Positions 23,985-31,447 of a DNA stretch of 39,729 bases are shown in pieces. The position numbers were made by a program, and so were the translations under genes. Within the stretch, counting starts at the first letter, position 1. Each line of letters begins with the position of its first letter. The DNA lies in the IMG/VR virus record IMGVR_UViG_3300042269_000088; one strand, given 5' to 3'. The notes beneath the pieces are model-generated. The model did not search any database. It was not told where the DNA came from and was given only the letters and a program-made list of their open reading frames with translations. Source of the stretch: a virus.

Positions 23985-24454
23985 ACTACCTCGAAAAAGT
24001 AAAAGAGTTCCGCAACCTGACCGGCATCAACGGTCAGCCGGAAGAGCTACATGACAAGTTGATCCGTGAGGAGCTGGCAGAGCTGGCGGATGCGCTGGCT
24101 GATAGCGTGGTTGTTGTTGCAGGCAAACGCGCTGACGGCCTGACGAGCGATGCCGAATACAGGCATCGCATTGGTCATATCATGGAGTCTGCGTACTGGG
24201 CTGGCATCAACCTTGACGCCGCTTTCGAAATCGTCCACCGCTCCAACATGAGCAAGCTGTGCACTATTCAAGAGCTTGACGCCACCATCCTGAAATACAA
24301 CGACCTAGGCGTTGCTGTTGACTTCACCGAAGTCAGCGATGGCCTGTATGCCTGCCGGTCGGCGTGCGACCACCACAGCTACCCGCGCGGCAAGCTGTTG
24401 AAGTCGGTCAGTTATCAAGCGCCAGACTGGTCTGGAGAGGAGTGGATGCTGTGA
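23981..24454 (+). CDS. MazG-like all-alpha nucleotide pyrophosphohydrolase (second copy of this fold in the genome)
   Basis: KLIREELAELADALADS... (EExxE...D pattern). 157 aa. Confidence 0.55.
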   Translation: MNYLEKVKEFRNLTGINGQPEELHDKLIREELAELADALADSVVVVAGKRADGLTSDAEYRHRIGHIMESAYWAGINLDAAFEIVHRSNMSKLCTIQELDATILKYNDLGVAVDFTEVSDGLYACRSACDHHSYPRGKLLKSVSYQAPDWSGEEWML

Positions 24455-24666
24455 GTGAGTGGATTAGTGTTGAGGAGCAGTTGCCACCAAAGAGACAGGA
24501 CAGATCCGATATATCTACCATGGTTATGATTGCAAAAACAAACGGAGATATTAGAGTTGGATGCGTTTACTTTAGGGGCGATGGATCGATGAAATGGTGT
24601 GATGCAGAGGGGAATTATTTGTCAAATCACAGCCACTGGATGCCACTACCGGAGCCGCCGAAATGA
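24451..24666 (+). CDS. DUF551-like protein (71 aa, GTG start)
   Basis: [10 protein letters not shown]...HWMPLPEPP pattern. GTGA overlap. GGAGAGGAG SD. Confidence 0.55.
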   Translation: MSEWISVEEQLPPKRQDRSDISTMVMIAKTNGDIRVGCVYFRGDGSMKWCDAEGNYLSNHSHWMPLPEPPK

Positions 24667-25520
24667 AACAATACCTCGACCTTGTACGCGACGTACTCGA
24701 AAACGGTCACGACCGTGGCGACCGCACCGGTACCGGCACGCGCTCAGTGTTTGGCCGCCAAATTCGGTTTAATCTACGCGACGGCTTCCCGCTGGTGACT
24801 ACCAAGCGCGTTCCGTTCCGGCTAGTTGCCGCAGAGCTGATATGGTTCTTGTCCGGTAGCACTAACAACAACGATCTGGCGCGGCTGTCTGGCTGCGATC
24901 CAGATAAAACGATCTGGGCTGAGTGGGCTGCTCCGAATGGCGAGATGGGGCCGATCTATGGCGCTCAGTGGCGCAGATGGGCGGGATGGGATGGCCGCAG
25001 TGTAGACCAGATTCAAGGTGTTATTAATGAAATCAAGCACAACCCTGATAGCCGGAGGTTGATTGTGAGCGCGTGGAACGCTACTGATTTGCCAATAGAT
25101 GGCCTCCTTCCGAGCCAGAGTGCGACATACGGCTTGCAGGCCCTTCCACCCTGCCACACCCTGTTCCAGTTCTACGTCCGCGACGGCAAACACCTAGACT
25201 GCCAGCTGTACCAGCGTAGCGCCGATATATTCCTCGGTGTGCCGTTCAATATCGCATCCTATGCGCTGCTGACGCACATCATAGCCAACGAGTGCAATCT
25301 GACCGCAGGGGAGTTCGTGCATACGTTCGGGGATCTGCACCTGTACCACAATCATTTTGAGCAAGCACGAACCATGCTCAAGCGCGAACCGCGACAACTG
25401 CCGGAGTTTGCCTGGGCACCAGGTGCAACGAAAAAGCACTGGGAGGATCTAACGCCGGATGACTTCACCGTATTGCTGTATGATCCGCATCCTGCAATAC
25501 CTGCTCCGGTGGCTGTATGA
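24663..25520 (+). CDS. thyA: Thymidylate synthase (ThyA type)
   Basis: Aligns to E. coli ThyA along its length: DRTGTGT, catalytic [23 protein letters not shown] (Asn retained), GDLHLY. Confidence 0.9.
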   Translation: MKQYLDLVRDVLENGHDRGDRTGTGTRSVFGRQIRFNLRDGFPLVTTKRVPFRLVAAELIWFLSGSTNNNDLARLSGCDPDKTIWAEWAAPNGEMGPIYGAQWRRWAGWDGRSVDQIQGVINEIKHNPDSRRLIVSAWNATDLPIDGLLPSQSATYGLQALPPCHTLFQFYVRDGKHLDCQLYQRSADIFLGVPFNIASYALLTHIIANECNLTAGEFVHTFGDLHLYHNHFEQARTMLKREPRQLPEFAWAPGATKKHWEDLTPDDFTVLLYDPHPAIPAPVAV

Positions 25521-25699
25521 CAACCAAGATATGCCCAAACTGCAGCAACCGCGACCTAGTCCGGTTGTCCACCCTAAACCTGAAGTTTTGCCCAGATTGC
25601 CACACGTGGATACCGTGGAAGCTATCAGAAGGCCAGCAGCCGATAGTAACAAACAATCGTGTAAAGGCTGGTCAGGTGGTACCAAGTGATCCAGAATGA
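25517..25699 (+). CDS. Zinc-ribbon protein (60 aa)
   Basis: CPNC...x17...CPDC. Confidence 0.55.
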   Translation: MTTKICPNCSNRDLVRLSTLNLKFCPDCHTWIPWKLSEGQQPIVTNNRVKAGQVVPSDPE

Positions 25700-25727
25700 C
25701 CACACAAACAAAAACGGAGGCACGGAC

Positions 25728-25946
25728 ATGCTAACACCAATCAAAGGAAACAAGCGCATCATGGAAGAGCAGCAACAGGCGCTGAGTGAGTACCAGGCTG
25801 CACTGACAGTCGAGCGCAACGATAAGGCTCAACTGGTGAACCTGATCGCCCGCGCATTGGATGACATGAATCACCATGCGTGCGTGACGGATAGCACGCT
25901 GCGGGTGATGCGCGATACGCACAAACGGTTTACGGAGGAAGTGTGA
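25728..25946 (+). CDS. Hypothetical protein (72 aa)
   Basis: GGAGG SD before the ATG at 25728. Confidence 0.55.
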   Translation: MLTPIKGNKRIMEEQQQALSEYQAALTVERNDKAQLVNLIARALDDMNHHACVTDSTLRVMRDTHKRFTEEV

Positions 25947-26752
25947 TGAATGAAGACCTGAAGTGGTTGGCTGAGAATGTGCATGAGTGGCCAGAGCGTT
26001 GTGTTTATGCCACAGTTAGTAACTGGGGGAATGGGCCTACGGTTTCATGGGACTGCGGCACAGTATTCGGTAAGTCTTTTTCCCGCGACCAATGGCAAGC
26101 CGCACGTGATGAGCTAAGCGGGAAGCCGAGTTGGGATAATGTAGTTGGCGAATGGATCGCACAAGACGAAGACGGCGAGTGGTACAGTTTTGATAACAAG
26201 CCATACCATGGTGATGGCTGCTGGGATGTCAATCCTTGCTACAGGGAAAAATATGGTAAAAGTGAAGTCCTCTGTGACTGGCGCGACACACTGGAGCGTA
26301 GACCTGAGAACCATTCCGTTGAACCCACCGAAAAGGTCGATCATATTCCCGACGCCGGGAAAATGGCCGGGAACTATATCGATGAAGCCCTCGAAATGTT
26401 CGGCAGCCATTACGGTGACGCCACCGAAAAGGTCTGGCGAGGACCGGAGGATGGATTGCCACCTGTAGGTTGTGATTGTGAGTACATCGACGCAACAGGC
26501 AACTGGCACACCGTCGAGATCACTGCCATCGGCAGACGAGGCATCCTGTTTGTTCAGTCCGGCAAAGACAACGAACAGTACACGCCGCTAGATCCGCGTA
26601 AGTTCCGCTCCATCCGCTCCGAAGAAGACAAGGCGGTTGAGGAGATGATGAAGTTTGCTCCCGTAGATAATGGATCAATGGCTGGTATAGCTTGTCAGCA
26701 CATGGCTAGACAACTATACCGCGCAAAATACCGTAAACAGGAGGACGAATAA
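25943..26752 (+). CDS. Hypothetical protein (269 aa, Trp-rich)
   Basis: Long ORF with ATGA overlap. Confidence 0.7.
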   Translation: MMNEDLKWLAENVHEWPERCVYATVSNWGNGPTVSWDCGTVFGKSFSRDQWQAARDELSGKPSWDNVVGEWIAQDEDGEWYSFDNKPYHGDGCWDVNPCYREKYGKSEVLCDWRDTLERRPENHSVEPTEKVDHIPDAGKMAGNYIDEALEMFGSHYGDATEKVWRGPEDGLPPVGCDCEYIDATGNWHTVEITAIGRRGILFVQSGKDNEQYTPLDPRKFRSIRSEEDKAVEEMMKFAPVDNGSMAGIACQHMARQLYRAKYRKQEDE

Positions 26753-26922
26753 TGGACACCATACAACTCATGCAATGGCATCAAGAATTCAACGAGATCA
26801 TGCAATCTGAATATCTGGACAACCGAATCGCGGACGCTATGCGCGACCTGCACCGCCGCACTGGCGAGCAAGACGACATGTTCAGTGAGCCGGTCGAGGA
26901 AGAAACGGAGAGGATGTTATGA
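26752..26922 (+). CDS. Hypothetical protein (56 aa, not in the ORF track)
   Basis: TAATG overlap with the upstream gene. Hand translation MDTIQLMQWHQEFNEIM... Confidence 0.45.
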   Translation: MDTIQLMQWHQEFNEIMQSEYLDNRIADAMRDLHRRTGEQDDMFSEPVEEETERML

Positions 26923-27068
26923 AAACCGAACGTGTAACCATCTACACAACTGATGGCCAGATCATTGACGGCGTTAAGCGCCACTGGCCTGACCATGTTG
27001 ACCATGCCGATATGTGCGGCAACATTATCCATGAAGAGACTATCGCGGAGGTGCGTGATGCAGGTTGA
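26919..27068 (+). CDS. Hypothetical protein (49 aa, not in the ORF track)
   Basis: ATGA overlap. Hand translation MKTERVTIYTTDGQIIDG... Confidence 0.45.
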   Translation: MKTERVTIYTTDGQIIDGVKRHWPDHVDHADMCGNIIHEETIAEVRDAG

Positions 27069-27246
27069 GTTGAGCAAAACCGAGATCGAGATTCTGATGG
27101 AGTGGTTTACATGCTACTCAGAAGATCGCGGTACATTTCAACATGACGATGATATGTACGAAACTTTGAAGGCTTGGCAAGAACAAGCCGAAGAACTCGA
27201 AGGCATTGACCTCAATGACTGCGCCGGTGGTGCCTGCACACTGTAG
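27058..27246 (+). CDS. Hypothetical protein (62 aa), last gene of the plus-strand operon
   Basis: ATG at 27058. Followed by two hairpins. Confidence 0.5.
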   Translation: MQVELSKTEIEILMEWFTCYSEDRGTFQHDDDMYETLKAWQEQAEELEGIDLNDCAGGACTL

Positions 27247-27249
27247 ACC

Positions 27250-27290
27250 TACCCTCATGCGGCTCTGCGGGGCCGCATCGCGGTAGGGTG
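27250..27290 (+). other. Long imperfect hairpin just after the last plus-strand stop codon
   Basis: TACCCT.ATGCGGC-loop-GCCGCAT......AGGGT(g). No T-run. Confidence 0.5.
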
Positions 27291-27318
27291 TCAGATACCC
27301 CGCCAGGTAATATCGTTT

Positions 27319-27340
27319 AGCCCCATTACGGGGCTTTTTT
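27319..27340 (+). terminator. Rho-independent terminator of the plus-strand operon; overlaps the stop codon of the convergent gene
   Basis: AGCCCC-attac-GGGGCT-ttttt. Confidence 0.75.
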
Positions 27341-27697
27341 GTTCTTCCAGAACGACTCATCACCAGCATCTTTGACAGCCCTGTAGTATGTCATAGCGCG
27401 GTAACTGCGCAGCCATGTAAGCCAACCTCCGTGATTCTCTATGATTGCAATCAGGTTTGTCAGGAATAAATCGTCCGCAACATCCTTGTCTATCTCATCC
27501 TGCCCAAACTCATACATCCAGTCGTGGATCTGGCATGCGGCCTGAATATTCAAACCCCACATTGTCTCAGGCACAATCTTGTTCTTCCATCCCGACGGGC
27601 CGCATCCGTTGCAAACTTCGCCACGCCGAGGAGCAGATGCCTCCCAGTACGATGCAGGTGCTATCAACACGCCTTGCTTTGATAGATTGAATATCAT
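27326..27697 (-). CDS. PLA2-like / DUF1353-like protein, last gene of the lysis block
   Basis: GCGPSG loop followed 21 aa later by AACQIHDWMY (C-x2-H-D-x2-Y). ATGA coupling to the lipoprotein gene. Confidence 0.4.
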   Translation of the reverse strand: MIFNLSKQGVLIAPASYWEASAPRRGEVCNGCGPSGWKNKIVPETMWGLNIQAACQIHDWMYEFGQDEIDKDVADDLFLTNLIAIIENHGGWLTWLRSYRAMTYYRAVKDAGDESFWKNKKAP

Positions 27698-27969
27698 TTG
27701 TCGTCATCTCCTATTGCGTCTAGCACATCAGTACACAGTCCAGCAGCCGGATAACCTGGCACCGCTGCGCGAATAAGGTTCAGCAGCACTGCACGCGCCA
27801 CCGGGTCAGATTCAGTACAGTAACGGTGCTGGAGCGTTAATACCTGCACCGTACCATCAACTGCGGATCCGGATAGGTCGCCGAGCTGATACCCATCCTG
27901 CATACGAGGCATCGAGCATCCAGCCAGCGTGGCCGCAAATGTTACCGCCATCACTATTCGTTTGATCAT
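27694..27969 (-). CDS. Lipoprotein (possible outer-membrane lysis component)
   Basis: Signal peptide plus lipobox: MIKRIVMAVTFAATLAGC. ATGA overlaps on both sides. Confidence 0.65.
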   Translation of the reverse strand: MIKRIVMAVTFAATLAGCSMPRMQDGYQLGDLSGSAVDGTVQVLTLQHRYCTESDPVARAVLLNLIRAAVPGYPAAGLCTDVLDAIGDDDK

Positions 27970-28439
27970 TTTACGCCCTCCAGTGTCGTTTCAATCACCC
28001 GCCGTGTCCAGCCGCGACCGTATCGGCCCCACCCCTTCAGCGCGGCGTAGTATGCGATGCGTTCGGCAGCATAGCGTACAGCGATCTCATCGGGCTTAGC
28101 GCTGTTGACCGCTGCGAGCGTGACGGGTCCGATAACGCCGTCATCTGTGACGCGCACAACGCGTTGTAGTAGGCGGATTGCTGTACGGTTGCCTGCATTA
28201 ACGGCCATGTCAAATACTGCGACAGCAACCGGCTCTGGCATTTCATCAGCTCGGATTGCATCCCAATAATCGCGTCGGTATATCTGCTTTGCGTCATCGC
28301 GGGTTAGCTCCTTGATGTTGAGATCGGGGTAAGCACGCTTGCTTATGCCGTAATTGGTTTCGCCGCCAGCATCGTGCGGGTCATTCACATACCCTCCCTC
28401 GTGCTTCAGGATTAACTCAACTGCCGTGTCAAACGTCAT
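27966..28439 (-). CDS. Endolysin, GH108-like with C-terminal peptidoglycan-binding domain
   Basis: ILKHEGGYVNDPHDAGGETNYGI signature. 157 aa. Confidence 0.8.
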   Translation of the reverse strand: MTFDTAVELILKHEGGYVNDPHDAGGETNYGISKRAYPDLNIKELTRDDAKQIYRRDYWDAIRADEMPEPVAVAVFDMAVNAGNRTAIRLLQRVVRVTDDGVIGPVTLAAVNSAKPDEIAVRYAAERIAYYAALKGWGRYGRGWTRRVIETTLEGVK

Positions 28440-28738
28440 TTATCCATCCTCTTATTGACCACCTTTCGCGCCACTTCGCGCACGTAGTCTGTGCCAAGGT
28501 GTCCGATCATTGCACCGACCAGCGTTGCTGTGCCGTGGCCGACTCCAAACTCAGCAAGACTGAGCGCAACCGCTGTTGCGATACAGCCAGCTGCTGGAAC
28601 CTCAATCGCCAGGCGCTGCCACTTTTTAGAATGAGCATCGCCCAAAATACGCAAAGCAGACAGCACTGCTGCCATAATACTTGACCCCCATACGCCAGCC
28701 GGTACTGACTCAAGCAGCGATTTGATGTTGTCCGGCAT
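28436..28738 (-). CDS. Holin (multi-TMD)
   Basis: 100 aa with 2-3 hydrophobic segments and a charged C-terminus KVVNKRMDK. Directly upstream of the endolysin. Confidence 0.65.
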   Translation of the reverse strand: MPDNIKSLLESVPAGVWGSSIMAAVLSALRILGDAHSKKWQRLAIEVPAAGCIATAVALSLAEFGVGHGTATLVGAMIGHLGTDYVREVARKVVNKRMDK

Positions 28739-28775
28739 AGCGTATCCTTATGGTTTTGCCGTTTCTGATAGTCTG

Positions 28776-28784
28776 ATTATATCA
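28776..28784 (-). promoter_or_regulatory. Extended -10 promoter (TGATATAAT) upstream of the lysis block
   Basis: Overlaps the stop codon of the upstream gene. 37 nt upstream of the holin ATG. Confidence 0.45.
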
Positions 28785-29234
28785 GTTATCAGGCCAGACG
28801 ATTAGCTCAGGCTCATCTGATTCAGCGAGCTGGGCAAGAAGTCCAGCATACACGCCGAAAAGCTCCATCTTGCGTAGCGGATACTGACTGATAACAGCCT
28901 GCAAATCCGCAGCCGTCAACGTCTGGATTGTGTTATCAGCCATAATCCAATCTGTGGATTCCACGTTAGATGCCGCCCACTGGACGTTTTCGCGGTCTTC
29001 TGGTGTAGCCACTTGCACGTTATTGATCGGTGCGGATACACGCTCGATGCGTTCCATCTTGAGCATCTGACGCTGGCGTTCGCGGCGTTGCTCTAGCGTA
29101 AGCTCAGGCGCGGTATATTGCGGCACAATCAAAAACTCCGGCAGTCTGTCAGCGTGAAAACTCATGCCGAGTTCGTTTTGCCAGTCGCGGTGGCTTTTGA
29201 TTTCGCCGGTTTCGGTGTGTTTATATCGGTTCAT
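28782..29234 (-). CDS. Tail-fibre assembly / DUF4376-like protein
   Basis: Position after the tail-tip genes. C-terminal W.MADNT...LTAADLQAV pattern. Confidence 0.4.
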   Translation of the reverse strand: MNRYKHTETGEIKSHRDWQNELGMSFHADRLPEFLIVPQYTAPELTLEQRRERQRQMLKMERIERVSAPINNVQVATPEDRENVQWAASNVESTDWIMADNTIQTLTAADLQAVISQYPLRKMELFGVYAGLLAQLAESDEPELIVWPDN

Positions 29235-29304
29235 AATGCGTCCCGTGGTATGTTGATTTTACTCTGACCCCTTTTTCCCACCTTTACTCTTTTTCCTGCA
29301 GTGA

Positions 29305-29793
29305 TTACCATGTATACAGCCTACGCTCGCTAACTGTTGTGAAATTAGCATCGTCCACAACACTAAAAACGGTTGTCCAGTTAACGCCATCATCCGAGAA
29401 TTGTATTTCAAAATCTTTAGGTGTCCTATCTATTCTGTTTGATGAATCTTCACATGTATACGCGAACTCCGTAACTTCCACCGGCGTGTTAAATTCAAAC
29501 TGTATAAACAGATCCCCTTCCTCATATTGGCTTGTTAAGAATGCGGACGATAATACTCGGTCAAATGCAAGATCTATTGTAAATGTGCTATACTGCGGCG
29601 AGCCGGACGGAATTCCTCCGACAGTTATACACAAATCTTCGCCGCCATTCAGGAACTCTATTTCTGCAGCCTCAATTCTATAACCACTGTTGAGTCTCGT
29701 GCGAGTAATGTACTGCCGCCAATAAATGTGGGATCCACCGCCGCCACCACCATTGCCCCGCCGCATACACCGCACCGCATCAGCTCCAAACAT
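29305..29793 (-). CDS. Discoidin (F5/8 type C)-like carbohydrate-binding tail protein
   Basis: DFEIQFSDDGVNWTTV pattern. Start set at the ATG 29793 (TAATG coupling, GGAGGA SD). Confidence 0.5.
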   Translation of the reverse strand: MFGADAVRCMRRGNGGGGGGSHIYWRQYITRTRLNSGYRIEAAEIEFLNGGEDLCITVGGIPSGSPQYSTFTIDLAFDRVLSSAFLTSQYEEGDLFIQFEFNTPVEVTEFAYTCEDSSNRIDRTPKDFEIQFSDDGVNWTTVFSVVDDANFTTVSERRLYTW

Positions 29794-30422
29794 TATCGGC
29801 TTCCTCCATCCCATGCGTAAATTGATCCACCGACCTTTTCAACAACGATCATATTCTCGATTGCGAGTGTTGGCACGGCAGTCATCCAGTGGGTCACACC
29901 CCAATTAATGACGTTAAAAACGGCTGGCGTTAGGTAAATCTGGATTTTTTCGCCGTCATTTAGCGTCCATGTTAGTGCACTGTCGGCAGTTAGAGTTAGC
30001 GTCTGAATGCCACCATTTGCGCGGTCGATTGTCGTTGTCGCGGCTGCAATGGTTTCGCTGTAGCGCGTGATCTCAGCGTCCAGTAGCGTGCCACCTGATG
30101 TGGGCAGTAACCCGGACGCGTCAATATCCGCAAAAGTCTCCGCCGTCTCGGTCAGCTCGATCCGCGCACCGGCTGACCATTCTTGCGCTGTTGAGTTCTC
30201 AGCCGCACGGGTGATCGTCAAATCGTTACCGCTAACCGCCGTAACATCCACAAACTCTTTCTTGAGTAGTACGCCCTGAGCGTTACGCAGCGACAGTTGC
30301 AGTCGGCAAAAGTCGCCAGGATTAATAGCCGGAGGAGGTGTACCAACCGTCATGGTCGTGTCTGCGTCAGTGATCGCTGATGATAGCAACGTCACATAAT
30401 TGTTTAAGTATTTTCGTGCCAT
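29793..30422 (-). CDS. Tail protein (209 aa)
   Basis: ORF in the tail-tip block. Confidence 0.5.
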   Translation of the reverse strand: MARKYLNNYVTLLSSAITDADTTMTVGTPPPAINPGDFCRLQLSLRNAQGVLLKKEFVDVTAVSGNDLTITRAAENSTAQEWSAGARIELTETAETFADIDASGLLPTSGGTLLDAEITRYSETIAAATTTIDRANGGIQTLTLTADSALTWTLNDGEKIQIYLTPAVFNVINWGVTHWMTAVPTLAIENMIVVEKVGGSIYAWDGGSR

Positions 30423-30435
30423 GATTTACTCCTTA

Positions 30436-31446
30436 TTAACTCCAGACCCAGCCGTCGCCGCCGCCAATCGTGCCGCCGTCATAGCTGCCATCATATGCTT
30501 CGCTTGGCAAGTAGCCGCCTGTTTCACCGGCTGGCAATATTTCCAACCTACGCCCTGTCGCGTCATACCTACCGCCCTTGTATTTGCCGTTCTGGTCGTA
30601 CAGTATCCACTGCCCATTGCCGATAGCGCACACACGCCGCTCTTCGCCGTCCTCGTTGCAGATCGTGATACACTCGTTGCACTGTTGCGATTGTGTAGAT
30701 GCGTCAGGGTCACAGCTTGATGCTGTTATACATCCGTCTGCGAGCGTGTAGTTTGTTGTATTGTCGGGTTGCCAGTTTTCGCCGCGGATTTCAGGTGGTG
30801 TGGTGATTGTGCAGTATTCTTCAGTCGATGATAAGCATGACACTCTCGCAGCATTATTCTGTAATGATGCTTCGGTGCCGTCAGATTTTTTTATAAGAGA
30901 ATACTCAACAACTGCTGAGTCACCTGTGTATGACAGCACGTTATACGATACGACAGTGTAGGATAAGCCGCCTGCGCTGTTGTAGTTATCCATCGCGCCA
31001 GCTATTGCTGCGTGAAGTCCAGCGCCATGCGCTGATTGCAAAGATCCAACACTTACGATCCAGTACTTTCCCTGCTCCCACGTCTCATCCGGCACAAACT
31101 CCTTACACGTCTCCGGCTGCGGAAAGCCGCCCGGAGCGAACGTAATAGGATCGCCGGTTTCGCAGTCTGACCATTCAGACTCACCGTCCCCGTCTTCGTC
31201 ACCAATATCCGGCACTTCGGGCGGGGCATCTTCGCTTATATCCTCCGGCTCGGCATCTTCGGGATCGGCATCATCGCTATCTGTGCAGCAATCTTCAAGC
31301 GCTGCCGCATCAGACCCGCCAACCAGTTTTACCAGCCCGTCCAGAGCGCCACGTTTCTGCAATACTGTAAGTAAAGACCTGATCTCTGGATCTGATTTAG
31401 CGATGCGCCGAATCGCTTGTATTAATTGATCTTGTTGTGTCGCCAT
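30436..31446 (-). CDS. Tail-tip protein with acidic linker and Cys-rich C-terminal domain
   Basis: DSDDADPEDAEPEDISEDAPPEVPDIGDEDGDGESE linker. About 10 Cys in the C-terminal half. Confidence 0.5.
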   Translation of the reverse strand: MATQQDQLIQAIRRIAKSDPEIRSLLTVLQKRGALDGLVKLVGGSDAAALEDCCTDSDDADPEDAEPEDISEDAPPEVPDIGDEDGDGESEWSDCETGDPITFAPGGFPQPETCKEFVPDETWEQGKYWIVSVGSLQSAHGAGLHAAIAGAMDNYNSAGGLSYTVVSYNVLSYTGDSAVVEYSLIKKSDGTEASLQNNAARVSCLSSTEEYCTITTPPEIRGENWQPDNTTNYTLADGCITASSCDPDASTQSQQCNECITICNEDGEERRVCAIGNGQWILYDQNGKYKGGRYDATGRRLEILPAGETGGYLPSEAYDGSYDGGTIGGGDGWVWS

Positions 31447-31447
31447 A

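Noticed and set aside
24663-25520. Whether the ThyA homologue is a dUMP/dCMP hydroxymethylase (a hypermodification enzyme) rather than a thymidylate synthase
   Set aside because: It keeps the catalytic Cys (LPPCH), the dUMP-specifying Asn in FNIASY, the YQRS(A)D and GPIYG motifs, and it is collinear with E. coli ThyA. There is only a roughly 12-residue insert before the catalytic Cys. Nothing suggests altered chemistry.
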